Shown here: positions 40,425-50,485 of the stretch, in pieces
Layout of the letters: the number at the start of each line of letters is the position of its first letter
How positions within the stretch are numbered: position 1 is the first letter of the stretch
Origin: Acinetobacter phage vB_AbaSI_3
Length of the DNA stretch: 64,000 bases
Sequence record: PQ382034.1
Direction: 5' to 3' (one strand)
Translations under genes and position numbers: made by a program
Notes under the pieces: generated by a model
Seen by the model: the letters and a program-made list of their open reading frames with translations, nothing else
The model's database searches: none
Told to the model about the DNA's origin: nothing

Positions 40425-41978
40425 ATGCAAGATGTGAACGATTTGAAAATGTTCGCTTTTTGGCAAAAAGTTGATACCGCAGAATACGATCAAATTATTA
40501 ACAATAAAGCAGAATCAATTACTGCTCCAAAATTTGATGATGGTGCTACAGAAATTGAATCTACCGATGCAGCATACAACGGTGTATTTAGACAACTTTA
40601 TGGTAATCAAGACCCTAACGTTACATCAACAAAAGAATTAATCAATACTTATCGAAGTATGCTTAATAATTATGAAGTTGATAATGCAGTTCAAGAAATT
40701 GTCTCTGATGCAGTAGTGTATGAAGATGGGTATGATGTTGTATCATTGGACTTAGACCAAACAAAATTTTCAGAAAATATTAGAGAGAAAATTTTAGAAG
40801 AATTTAACGAAGTTCTCAACATGTTAAAATTCCAACGAAAAGGATCTGATCATTTCAGACGTTGGTATGTTGATTCTCGTATATTTTTCCATAAAATCAT
40901 TAATCCATCTCGCCCTAAAGATGGAATTATTGAACTTAGACGCCTTGACCCTAGACAAGTGCAATTTATTCGTGAAATCGAAACTGTTACTGAAAAAGGT
41001 GTTAAAGTTGTCAAAGGATATCGTGAATACTTTATCTACGACACACAAAATGATTCGTATAACTGTGGCGGCCAACATTTTGCAGCAGGGACAAAGGTTA
41101 AGATTCCTTACTCTGCAATGGTGTATGCCCATTCAGGATTAACAGATTGTTGCGGCAAAAATATCATTGGGTATTTGCACAGAGCTGTAAAGCCGGCAAA
41201 CCAGCTTAAATTGCTTGAAGACGCAATGATGATATATCGTCTTACTCGTGCACCGGATCGTCGAGTTTTTTATATCGATACTGGTAATATGCCAGCACGT
41301 AAAGCTGCCCAATATATGCAACACATTATGAATTCTCACCGAAATAGAATTTCATATGATGCTTCAACCGGTAAAATTAAAAATCAAGCAAATATGATGG
41401 CCTTGACAGAAGATTATTGGTTGCAACGTCGTGATGGTAAAGCTGTAACAGAAGTTGATACTCTTCCTGGAATGTCCGGGATGAATGAAATGGATGATGT
41501 CCTCTATTTCAGAAAGGCATTATACATGGCTTTACGTGTTCCTCTGTCAAGAATTCCAGATGAACAATCACAAAATGTGTTTGATATGAGCACAGCTATT
41601 TCTCGTGATGAGCTTAGATTTGATAAGTTCATAATGGAATTACAACACAAATTTGAAGAAGTTTTCCTTAATCCTCTCAAAAGCAACTTATTGCTTAAGA
41701 GAATCATCGACGAGGATGAGTGGGAGAATGAAATAAATAATATCAAAGTCGTATTCCACAAAAATTCATACTTCACTGAAATGAAGGACATGGAAATTTT
41801 GGAACGCCGAGTCAATGCGCTGAATTTGGTTGAACCTTATGTTGGAAAATATATTTCTAATCAAACTGCAATGAAACAATTCTTGCATATGTCGGATGAA
41901 GAAATTGCAGCAGAGCGTAAGATTATTGACGAAGAGCTTAAAGATAAAGTATATAACCCACCAGAAGAGGAACTATAA
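40425..41978 (+). CDS. 20: portal vertex protein gp20
   Basis: 517 aa; synteny. Confidence 0.9.
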   Translation: MQDVNDLKMFAFWQKVDTAEYDQIINNKAESITAPKFDDGATEIESTDAAYNGVFRQLYGNQDPNVTSTKELINTYRSMLNNYEVDNAVQEIVSDAVVYEDGYDVVSLDLDQTKFSENIREKILEEFNEVLNMLKFQRKGSDHFRRWYVDSRIFFHKIINPSRPKDGIIELRRLDPRQVQFIREIETVTEKGVKVVKGYREYFIYDTQNDSYNCGGQHFAAGTKVKIPYSAMVYAHSGLTDCCGKNIIGYLHRAVKPANQLKLLEDAMMIYRLTRAPDRRVFYIDTGNMPARKAAQYMQHIMNSHRNRISYDASTGKIKNQANMMALTEDYWLQRRDGKAVTEVDTLPGMSGMNEMDDVLYFRKALYMALRVPLSRIPDEQSQNVFDMSTAISRDELRFDKFIMELQHKFEEVFLNPLKSNLLLKRIIDEDEWENEINNIKVVFHKNSYFTEMKDMEILERRVNALNLVEPYVGKYISNQTAMKQFLHMSDEEIAAERKIIDEELKDKVYNPPEEEL

Positions 41979-42187
41979 TGGATGATATTATCAAAGCCAT
42001 TGCTTCCAACGACCTAGTAAAATTTAAGCGTTGCTTTAATGAAGCTATGGCAGCAAAAGTTGGAAACGTTTTGGCAGAAGAAAAATTAAAAATTGCCAAA
42101 TCTGTCATGATTGAAGGCGAAGATAAAGTCGTTGATGATGAAGATGATGAAGATGATGACAATGACGACGATGAGGACGAAGAGTAA
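41978..42187 (+). CDS. 67: prohead core protein gp67 (acidic C-terminus)
   Basis: C-terminal [17 protein letters not shown]; position. Confidence 0.7.
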   Translation: MDDIIKAIASNDLVKFKRCFNEAMAAKVGNVLAEEKLKIAKSVMIEGEDKVVDDEDDEDDDNDDDEDEE

Positions 42188-42615
42188 TGTTGATTATTGT
42201 TGAAAACGAATTAGTTTTTGATAATGTTTCAAATCTTTTACCTGAGGCCCAAGAACGTTTAAATGGATTTTCAACAATTTTTGAAAAGGATGAAATTGTA
42301 AAGATTGTTGAAAATTTAGCAAAAACTGAGCCTGAACTTGCTGTAGCTATTGGTTCTCTCGTTGAAGATGTTCCTTTAAATGAATTCATGGTCAAACATG
42401 TAAGTGCTAAAGGTGAACTAACAAAAACTAAAGATCGTAAAACGCGTGAGCGTAATGCATATCAAACAACAGGTTTATCAAAATCTGAACGCCGTCGTAT
42501 TGCACGCAAGGCAGTCAAAACGAAAAAAGCTAATCCTTCTGAACAAATTCGTACACAAAAGAAAATCAAAAAAGCTCGAGCTAAACGCAAGAGTATGTAT
42601 GGACTTAAACCATGA
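42187..42615 (+). CDS. 68: prohead core protein gp68
   Basis: 142 aa; synteny. Confidence 0.7.
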   Translation: MLIIVENELVFDNVSNLLPEAQERLNGFSTIFEKDEIVKIVENLAKTEPELAVAIGSLVEDVPLNEFMVKHVSAKGELTKTKDRKTRERNAYQTTGLSKSERRRIARKAVKTKKANPSEQIRTQKKIKKARAKRKSMYGLKP

Positions 42616-43259
42616 GCAATGAACCTCAATTGTTAATTGAGCATTGGGGACAGGCATCAGAAATTAATGATGTTTCAGCTTTTCAATTGGATGAATCAAC
42701 AGGTAAAGGATTACCTCCTGGACTTTATATTGAAGGAATTTTCCTTCAAGCGAATGTTGTTAATCGCAACAAACGTTACTACCCAAAGGCTGTTTTAGAA
42801 AAAGCCGTTGATAAGTATATTAAAGAACAGGTCAGTACAAATCAAGCATTAGGTGAATTAAATCATCCACCTCGTGCTAATGTTGACCCAATGCAAGCCG
42901 CTATTATTATCGAAGATATGTGGTGGTCAGGCAATAATGTTATGGGCAGAGCAAGAATTATTGAAGGCGATCAAGGAGCCGGCGATAAATTAGCTGCCTT
43001 GATACGTTCTGGGTGGAAGCCTGGAGTGTCTAGTCGTGGTCTTGGAAGTGTCAAAGATTCTGGACGTGGATATAATATAGTCCAAGATGGATTCAGATTG
43101 ACAGTTGGCGTCGATGTTGTTTGGGGCCCAAGTGCACCAGATGCATGGGTAAAACCTTTAGAGATCACAGAAAGCGTAAATGAAGATGCAAATGTAGCAC
43201 AACCTCAGAACGCTGATTCAGCATTCAAGACGCTTATTAACAACTTGAGTGCATTATAA
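42612..43259 (+). CDS. 21: prohead core scaffold and protease gp21
   Basis: 215 aa; synteny. Confidence 0.85.
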   Translation: MSNEPQLLIEHWGQASEINDVSAFQLDESTGKGLPPGLYIEGIFLQANVVNRNKRYYPKAVLEKAVDKYIKEQVSTNQALGELNHPPRANVDPMQAAIIIEDMWWSGNNVMGRARIIEGDQGAGDKLAALIRSGWKPGVSSRGLGSVKDSGRGYNIVQDGFRLTVGVDVVWGPSAPDAWVKPLEITESVNEDANVAQPQNADSAFKTLINNLSAL

Positions 43260-43261
43260 AT
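43254..43261 (+). promoter_or_regulatory. late promoter TATAAATA upstream of gene 22
   Basis: exact consensus overlapping the gp21 stop. Confidence 0.5.
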
Positions 43262-43288
43262 AAAATTATATTAAAACAGGAAATCAAA

Positions 43289-44122
43289 ATGCTGAAAGAA
43301 CAATTACTTAAGGAAGCTCAAGAAATTGAAGTTTCCGTAGAATTAGACGGTATTTTTGAATCAGTAGAACTTTCTGAAGAAATGCAACAGAATTTTAAAA
43401 CTGTATTCGAAGCTGCTGTTAAGAAAAATGCCGCAACTTTAGCTGAAGCGCATATTACACAAATCGCCGAAAAGGCTGATGAACGTGTTAATGAAGCAGT
43501 CGAAGAGCGTTCTAAGGCTATCGAAGCTAAACTTGTTGAATGTGCTGATAAATTATTTGAGCATACTGCAAAAGAATGGCTTGCTGAAAATAAAGTCCAA
43601 GTTGAACGTGGTATCAAGGCAGATTTATTCGAATCAATGTTTGAAGGTCTCAAAGCTTTGGTTGTAGAACATAATGTTGTTTTACCTGAAGAATCAGTTG
43701 ATGTTGTAACTGAAATGGAAGAAGAGCTCGAAGAACATAAAGAAGAAAATTCAAAATTGTTCAGTGCCTTAACTGAAGCTCAGGATGAATTAAAAACTTT
43801 GAAACGCGAAATTGCCGTAAATGAAGCAACAAGTGAACTTACTGAAAGCCAAAAAGAAAAAGTTCATAGCTTAATTGAAGGCCTTGAATACGGCGATGCA
43901 TTTGAAGCTAAACTACAAGCTATTGTTGAAATGGCAACTACCACTAAGCAACCCGCTACAATTGTTGAAAGCACAAGCGACACCAATGAAGCCGAAATAA
44001 ATAATACTAATAGCGAAGCAGATGGATTAAACTACATTGTGGAAGAGCATAAAGAGCCTGAAACATCTCCAGTACCAAATGCAAAAATCAACTCATATGT
44101 AGCAGCTGCAAAACGCTTCTAA
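43289..44122 (+). CDS. 22: prohead core scaffold protein gp22
   Basis: 277 aa, Glu/Ala-rich helical; synteny. Confidence 0.8.
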   Translation: MLKEQLLKEAQEIEVSVELDGIFESVELSEEMQQNFKTVFEAAVKKNAATLAEAHITQIAEKADERVNEAVEERSKAIEAKLVECADKLFEHTAKEWLAENKVQVERGIKADLFESMFEGLKALVVEHNVVLPEESVDVVTEMEEELEEHKEENSKLFSALTEAQDELKTLKREIAVNEATSELTESQKEKVHSLIEGLEYGDAFEAKLQAIVEMATTTKQPATIVESTSDTNEAEINNTNSEADGLNYIVEEHKEPETSPVPNAKINSYVAAAKRF

Positions 44123-44151
44123 TAAAAAATTATTCATAAAGGTAATAAAAC

Positions 44152-45732
44152 ATGTCTCAATTCAAACAAAAAACTAAAGAACAATTAATGGAAACTTGGG
44201 GTGATTTGCTCACTGCTGAAGGTTTACCAAAAATTGATGAAAGCCGCCATGTAGTAATGGCTAAAATCTTCGAAAACCAAGAAGCGGATTTTGCTACTGG
44301 CACTGAATACCGTGATCCTGAAATTGTTAAAGCATTTAGTGGTTTCTTAACCGAAGCAGAAATTGGCGGTGACCATGGTTATGATGCAACAAATATTGCA
44401 GCAGGTCAAACTTCTGGTGCTGTAACTCAAATCGGTCCTGCGATTATGGGTATGGTACGCCGTGCAATTCCTAACTTGATCGCTTTTGATATTTGCGGTG
44501 TACAACCTTTAAATGGTCCTACGGGTCAAATCTTCTCGTTACGTTCAGTGTATGGTAAAGATCCTCTAGCAGCAGGTGCTAAAGAAGCTTTCCACCCAAT
44601 GCTATCTCCTGACACAATGCATTCAGGTCAAGGTGCTGCTGAAGCATTTGAAAATGTTAAAGCCGGTGACACATTAGCAATTGGTGATATTAAACGTCAT
44701 GACTTTGCTGACACAGGACGTGTATATATCCAAGCAATTAAAGCAGTAACAGTTGATGCTGGTGCTACTGATGCAGAAAAACTTGATGTAGAAATCAAAA
44801 AATTAATGGCCTCAGGTTCAGTTGCTGAAATTGGCGTTGGTATGGCTACATCAGTTGCAGAATTGCAAGAAGGTTTCAATGGTTCACAAAATAACCCTTG
44901 GAACGAAATGGGATTCCGTATTGACAAGCAATCAGTTGAAGTTAAATCTCGTCAATTGAAAGCACAATACTCAATTGAACTTGCGCAAGATTTGAAAGCT
45001 GTACATGGTATGGATGCTGATGCTGAATTAGCAGGTATTCTTGCAACAGAAATTATGCTTGAAATCAACCGTGAAATTGTTGATTGGATCAACTTCTCAG
45101 CTCAAATCGGTAAAACTGGCTTTACTCAAACAAATGGCTCTAAAGCAGGTGTATTCGACTTCCAAGATCCGATCGATGTAAAAGGTGCACGTTGGGCTGG
45201 TGAAGCGTATAAAGCGCTTTTAATCCAAATCGATAAAGAAGCTTCAGAAATTGCTCGTCAAACTGGACGTGGTATCGGTAACTTCATCATCGCATCTCGT
45301 AACGTAGTTATGGCACTTGCACAAGTTGATGAACGTGTCAGCCCTGCCGCTCAAGGTCTTGCTTCTGGCATGAACTATGACACTACTAAAGCAACATTTG
45401 CTGGTGTACTTGGTGGTCGTTACAAAGTGTATATCGATCAATATGCACGTGAAGATTATTTCACAGTTGGTTTCAAAGGTTCAAGCGAACTTGATGCTGG
45501 TATTTACTACAGCCCATACGTTCCATTGACTCCATTACGTGGTTCTGATCCTAAGAATTTCCAACCAGTGATGGGCTTCAAAACTCGTTATGCAGTTGGT
45601 ATCAACCCATTCGCAGATACAGTTGCACAAGCTCCAGCTGGTAACAAGCGTATTAGCAATGGTATGCCAACCATCGAAAATTCAGCTGGTAAAAACGGTT
45701 ACTTCCGTAAAGTCTATGTTAAGGGAATCTAA
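44152..45732 (+). CDS. 23: major capsid protein gp23
   Basis: collinear similarity to T4 gp23, e.g. LTEAEIGGDHGY, NIAAGQTSGAVTQIGPA and the C-terminal FRKVYVKGI. Confidence 0.97.
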   Translation: MSQFKQKTKEQLMETWGDLLTAEGLPKIDESRHVVMAKIFENQEADFATGTEYRDPEIVKAFSGFLTEAEIGGDHGYDATNIAAGQTSGAVTQIGPAIMGMVRRAIPNLIAFDICGVQPLNGPTGQIFSLRSVYGKDPLAAGAKEAFHPMLSPDTMHSGQGAAEAFENVKAGDTLAIGDIKRHDFADTGRVYIQAIKAVTVDAGATDAEKLDVEIKKLMASGSVAEIGVGMATSVAELQEGFNGSQNNPWNEMGFRIDKQSVEVKSRQLKAQYSIELAQDLKAVHGMDADAELAGILATEIMLEINREIVDWINFSAQIGKTGFTQTNGSKAGVFDFQDPIDVKGARWAGEAYKALLIQIDKEASEIARQTGRGIGNFIIASRNVVMALAQVDERVSPAAQGLASGMNYDTTKATFAGVLGGRYKVYIDQYAREDYFTVGFKGSSELDAGIYYSPYVPLTPLRGSDPKNFQPVMGFKTRYAVGINPFADTVAQAPAGNKRISNGMPTIENSAGKNGYFRKVYVKGI

Positions 45733-45757
45733 TACCTTAGCATTCTTTGAAAAAGTA

Positions 45758-45783
45758 AAGGGACTCATTTGAGTCCCTTTTTT
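45758..45783. terminator. bidirectional terminator hairpin aagggactcatttgagtccctttttt
   Basis: between convergent gene 23 and the 476-aa minus ORF. Confidence 0.6.
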
Positions 45784-47195
45784 GTTTTGTATAATATGTT
45801 ACCACAGTCCCATATTCTCCGTAAACCGTTTGCATAGCAATTTTCAGATTCAGATAGTTCTTCATCAAATATTTCTAACTTGTCTTTAAGGACATGCTTC
45901 ATGTAACCTGAACGATGTTTGAGTTCTCCATCAACAATATAAAAATATCCAGGCTTTGTTACTCCAACTTTCTCCATTCCCATTTGTTCATATACATTTC
46001 CGAAACTCCAGCGTCGATTTGCATATGAAATCAAATTCATTCCTTTAAGAAGTTTTGATGCACCGCCAACTACACAGGTATATTTTTTAGAACATAGTCT
46101 CAATAGTTCCATGTCATATCCTTTATTAAATCGTGGCTTACCAAACGTTGCAACTTGAACAAGTTCGCCGTTATAGAACAGACCTTTAGCTGATGATGCA
46201 CCACATTTGCCTTGTAGATGGTTCTCTTCACAAAATTCATGTGCTACTGAAACAGAGATATCTCTAATGACACATTTTCGAGCATAGATTGTTTTTGATT
46301 TGCCCAATTTGTGTGAAATGACTGATTTCCAAATTTCACGTTTTATTGGATTTCGCCATTCATTTTCAAAAATGTGCAATAAGTGGATACCTTGCTTTTC
46401 GCATTCTTCGGTTTTTGAAATGTGAGAGTTTCTAATGTGTTTATCGTTATCAGAATCTCCTGAACTATGCCAGAAAATGCCATTGTACTCTATTGCGAGC
46501 TTATGCGAAGGAATATACAGATCTAATTCTCTTGGAGGTATTATGTCTCTTCTATTAATATCCACTGTAGCGCCTAGGCTTGTTATAAATTCATATAGTT
46601 CATCTTCTGCAATGGATCTACTTTTGGTACGAACACCATGATCAAGAGAAATCCTATACATGAATGTATAATGGCACCCAATAATTTTAACCAATTCATC
46701 AAACCCATGTGTCTCGTACATTTTAGTGAATTGGGCTTTATCATATACCCAATCTGGTATATGATCTCTGCTTGGTTTTCTCGCCTTTATGGATTTGATG
46801 CCTTCTTTGGTGGTCCCGACATCACCATAACGTTCTCTGCGAGTATCCCAAACCTTTTGATGATAGTCATTTCGGCCTTTGAGAGCTGAAGAGATTTTCT
46901 TTGTCCTTGCCTCAACATCAGTGTTGCTTACTTTCTTTTGCTTGACTTCAGGATCGTTAGCCGAACATTTTCTACTACAATACAATGAACCAATAGGTGC
47001 TGGATTAGAGCATACTTTACATTTAGGCAGTTCTGTTAGACCTAGCATTGCTAGTTTCATAACCGTGCTATCATCAAGACTGGCGTCGTACGCTGAACGA
47101 TCAAACTTATCTGGATTATTCTGCACTAATTTCCGCCAGTTTGGGTTTAGTTTGCCCTTTGCATTCTTAAAAAAATCTATGTCTATCATCATCAT
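45765..47195 (-). CDS. free-standing endonuclease-like protein (Zn-finger, NUMOD3-like motif, Vsr/PD-(D/E)xK-like nuclease motif) in the gene 23/24 gap
   Basis: CKVCSNPAPIGSLYCSRKCS; TKKISSALKGR (NUMOD3-like); LDLYIPSHKLAIEYNGIFWHSS resembles the Vsr/DUF559 FxDGxFWH core; opposite strand to all neighbours. Confidence 0.5.
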   Translation of the reverse strand: MMMIDIDFFKNAKGKLNPNWRKLVQNNPDKFDRSAYDASLDDSTVMKLAMLGLTELPKCKVCSNPAPIGSLYCSRKCSANDPEVKQKKVSNTDVEARTKKISSALKGRNDYHQKVWDTRRERYGDVGTTKEGIKSIKARKPSRDHIPDWVYDKAQFTKMYETHGFDELVKIIGCHYTFMYRISLDHGVRTKSRSIAEDELYEFITSLGATVDINRRDIIPPRELDLYIPSHKLAIEYNGIFWHSSGDSDNDKHIRNSHISKTEECEKQGIHLLHIFENEWRNPIKREIWKSVISHKLGKSKTIYARKCVIRDISVSVAHEFCEENHLQGKCGASSAKGLFYNGELVQVATFGKPRFNKGYDMELLRLCSKKYTCVVGGASKLLKGMNLISYANRRWSFGNVYEQMGMEKVGVTKPGYFYIVDGELKHRSGYMKHVLKDKLEIFDEELSESENCYANGLRRIWDCGNILYKTKKGLK

Positions 47196-47276
47196 CCACT
47201 CAATAGAAGTGTATAGGTATAATTATATATCATCGCATATAAATAGTAAATATACGCGTATAAAAGGAACCAATTT

Positions 47277-48548
47277 ATGAATCAAAAACATATTGATAAA
47301 CTTATGATTGAATCTGTTCAATCTGCTGATAGCTTAATTGACAAGCCAGCGTTATTAGGACTAACACGAGCTACAACAAATTTAGTCTATCATGACTTAG
47401 TTGCAACTCAATACACTGATAAGCCTATCGCTGCTCTATTTGGTGTAAAGTACCTTAATCCAAATAAAGAATTAACATTCGTTACTGGTGCAACCTATGG
47501 CGGTGCTTACGGAGAAAAAGAACGAGCATCGATGGTAGAAGCAACTGTTGGCATGTCTCCATTAAAAGGCACCGAATTTAAGCACAATAATATTGTATAT
47601 AAAGTACTAGTTGACGATCCATTTGCAGGCATTACTGAAACAGAATTAGATGACATTATTGCAGAAGCAGTCATTCTATCGACAATTAGACTCGCATCTG
47701 AAGCAGCAGAAACATCAAAATTTGAAGCAGAAGATTCATCAATTTCTGATTCTCGGTTTGAGATCAATCGTTGGCAGGCTAATGTCAAGTCTCGTAAGTT
47801 AAAAACTGAATTGTCAGTTGAGCTTGCACAAGATTTAGAAGCCGCAGGTTTTGATACTGCCGAGTTGTTAGAAGATCTATTAGCTACACAAATGGCAGAA
47901 GAAATTAACAAAGACATCATGCAGTCGTTGATTACTGTTTCACGTAGATTCAAAATTGATGGTGCAGAAAATGCTATCCTAGATTTATCTGCAGTAGGAA
48001 GTTCAGTTGATCAAGCTCGTAATTTATACCGCTATGTATGTGAAATGAATGCGAATATTCAAAAAACTACTGCATATAGCGCTACATTTGTACTTGCTTC
48101 TGCTCGTGTTGCAGCTCTATTGTGTTCGTCTGGCTGGGTTAAAGCAAATACAGATGAAACACCTGATGCATCGATGGGCGTCCTTAAAAATGGTCTTGCA
48201 TTATATTCAGACAACAACAGCCCGGTGGATTACATTATTGTCGGCGTAAAATCATCATTTGGCGAACAAGAAAATGTTGGGTCATTATTTTATGCTCCAT
48301 ATGTTGAAGGACGTCCCGAAGGCTCTGATCCAACTGACCATGTCGGTGCATACAAGGTCATTAATGATCCGAATAGTTTGCAACCAAAAATCATGTTACT
48401 TATTCGCTACGCATTGTCAGTGAACCCTTATACGGTCGGACTCACTGATGCACAGGCAAAAGTTGTTGATTCTACAAATTTAGATAACTTCGCAGGTCAA
48501 AGTGATATGTCAATTATCCTTGGTGTTAAATTGCCAAAATTAAAGTAA
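47277..48548 (+). CDS. 24: head vertex protein gp24
   Basis: 423 aa; gp23-like fold region; synteny. Confidence 0.9.
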   Translation: MNQKHIDKLMIESVQSADSLIDKPALLGLTRATTNLVYHDLVATQYTDKPIAALFGVKYLNPNKELTFVTGATYGGAYGEKERASMVEATVGMSPLKGTEFKHNNIVYKVLVDDPFAGITETELDDIIAEAVILSTIRLASEAAETSKFEAEDSSISDSRFEINRWQANVKSRKLKTELSVELAQDLEAAGFDTAELLEDLLATQMAEEINKDIMQSLITVSRRFKIDGAENAILDLSAVGSSVDQARNLYRYVCEMNANIQKTTAYSATFVLASARVAALLCSSGWVKANTDETPDASMGVLKNGLALYSDNNSPVDYIIVGVKSSFGEQENVGSLFYAPYVEGRPEGSDPTDHVGAYKVINDPNSLQPKIMLLIRYALSVNPYTVGLTDAQAKVVDSTNLDNFAGQSDMSIILGVKLPKLK

Positions 48549-48578
48549 CATTTCTTACTGAGATAAATTACACATACA

Positions 48579-48608
48579 AAAAAGGGAGCCATTTGGCTCC
48601 CTTTTTTG
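48579..48608. terminator. bidirectional terminator hairpin aaaaaagggagccatttggctccctttttt
   Basis: between convergent gene 24 and hoc. Confidence 0.6.
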
Positions 48609-48610
48609 GT

Positions 48611-49696
48611 TTAATATATGATTCCGGCATCCAATGCAGAACGATGAACAATACGCCCATGTCTAGATTCTTGGACATCCACTTCCGGGAAATCTTTAAT
48701 CATTTTAGCTAAAGTTAACAAATGATAGTAGTATGGATTATCTTCCGGAGGTTGTTTCCAATCACCACCAGTTTTTGTAATCTTTTCAATTTCATCCATT
48801 ACCCACCAACCAGCCCAAATATATGCAGAATTACGATGTGGAAGAGGATGAACATATTGACGTTTATCTTCAGGTATAACGATTTCTTTTTCTGAAACAT
48901 TAACCGATGTACTTTTCTTAACAGTGAACGGCAAATAATTTGCATGGGTCGCAGTTAATGTACATTCATGGTTAACTGTACCAACGCTTGAAGCTGTTAC
49001 ATTAATTTTTGCTGTTGTCTCTCCAGTATTCCAAGCATAAGCATAAGTAACACCAGCTGGACCACCTGAGGCAATAGCATCAACAGAATAAACATCACCA
49101 ACTTTAACATCAGAACTATCCGCCAACACGTTAAAATTGACACCAGTCATTGCAGTTTTATTAACAGTGATAGTCAACTCATTAGAATTGATAACTTTAT
49201 CATTATAATCAGTTGCTTTAACTGTAATTTTACATGTAAGTTTTACTGGTCCAGGAGCAGTTGGCGTTTTAGTTGTAGTTGCTGTAGTAGAACCATCAGA
49301 CCAAAGATATGTAATTGTTGCGCCAGCTGGTTGACCTGCAACAGTTGCTGTTGCTGTATAAGATTCACCAAAATTAATAGTAGGTTTCGATGTAGCAATA
49401 GAACCGGTAGTAGTCTGGGTAATTTTAGTTACAGTTAAGTTCGTTGTTGCCGTTTTAACATCATCAGCTTCGCCTTCGACTTTAGTTGTTGATGTAACTT
49501 TAATTACATTTGTGCCTACCTTTGTAGTTACATAATCTAAAGTATTTGTAGTCGACGCTTGAGCAACACCATCGACTTCCCATTTATATTCAACAGTCGA
49601 ACCTTCTGGCGCACCAGTAACAGTTGCAGTAAACTTTTGGGTTTTCCCTTTTTCGACAGAAGGGTTAACTGGGGCTATTTGTAAGGTTGTTGCCAT
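48611..49696 (-). CDS. hoc: Hoc-like outer capsid decoration protein (Ig-like repeats)
   Basis: Thr/Val-rich repeated ~90-aa Ig-like modules plus a distinct C-terminal domain; minus strand after gene 24 as in T4. Confidence 0.7.
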   Translation of the reverse strand: MATTLQIAPVNPSVEKGKTQKFTATVTGAPEGSTVEYKWEVDGVAQASTTNTLDYVTTKVGTNVIKVTSTTKVEGEADDVKTATTNLTVTKITQTTTGSIATSKPTINFGESYTATATVAGQPAGATITYLWSDGSTTATTTKTPTAPGPVKLTCKITVKATDYNDKVINSNELTITVNKTAMTGVNFNVLADSSDVKVGDVYSVDAIASGGPAGVTYAYAWNTGETTAKINVTASSVGTVNHECTLTATHANYLPFTVKKSTSVNVSEKEIVIPEDKRQYVHPLPHRNSAYIWAGWWVMDEIEKITKTGGDWKQPPEDNPYYYHLLTLAKMIKDFPEVDVQESRHGRIVHRSALDAGIIY

Positions 49697-49705
49697 TAGT
49701 TGTCC

Positions 49706-50416
49706 TTAGCTTAAAGTTACAAAACTTGAATTTCGTGTTTCACGAATACGGACGGAGCCGTCACGATTGATGTAATAAATTAAACTTTTCAGTACATCTA
49801 ATCCGTGGTAATGCGGGAAAGCATTTGGGTTAGATTTCCAGTCAGGATTTTGTGTGATCCAATCATAGATCCACCATGGTAGTGTGTAATATCCTGGCGC
49901 AGGACCAATGAGTTCAAATGCAGGTTTAAAATTATCCGGCAAAACTGATTTTGGCGATTCAATATCTTGAGGCACAATTTCCGCTGAAAGCTTAATTTCT
50001 TGTACAGGTGTTATAGGTTTAATAACAACATCGGCTACAACTTTTTCACCAAGCTCACCAGTTTCAGTTCGAACATCGATAATTTTAAAATCTTCAACCA
50101 CAGGTGAATCAATTAACAATTTTTGTGCTTGTTCTTTGACTTCATCAAAAACTAGTTTGCCATCTAAGCTATCAGCCGCAGTGATCAAATCGTTGATTGT
50201 CAAGCCTTCATTGTCTTCAGGCAGTGGCTCATTAGCCAATTCAGCGAGTCCGGCTTTAATATCAGCTACAATTGAATCAAACGATTTTGTCTTTTTAATT
50301 CTGATGCCAAACGTTGCTGCATATTCTGCTAACTTCTCTTTGGCAAGACGCTTGTCTTCAACTGAAATTTGCTCTAACTCTTTTATATAATCATGATCTA
50401 ACATGTATTTCTCCAA
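49706..50416 (-). CDS. hypothetical protein in the inh (prohead protease inhibitor) position
   Basis: synteny only. Confidence 0.4.
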   Translation of the reverse strand: MEKYMLDHDYIKELEQISVEDKRLAKEKLAEYAATFGIRIKKTKSFDSIVADIKAGLAELANEPLPEDNEGLTINDLITAADSLDGKLVFDEVKEQAQKLLIDSPVVEDFKIIDVRTETGELGEKVVADVVIKPITPVQEIKLSAEIVPQDIESPKSVLPDNFKPAFELIGPAPGYYTLPWWIYDWITQNPDWKSNPNAFPHYHGLDVLKSLIYYINRDGSVRIRETRNSSFVTLS

Positions 50417-50485
50417 TATGGGATTAATTTATTTTATTTATACTTGCGTATAAATATCTTTATACTAAAGCTTAGGTAAAGAATC

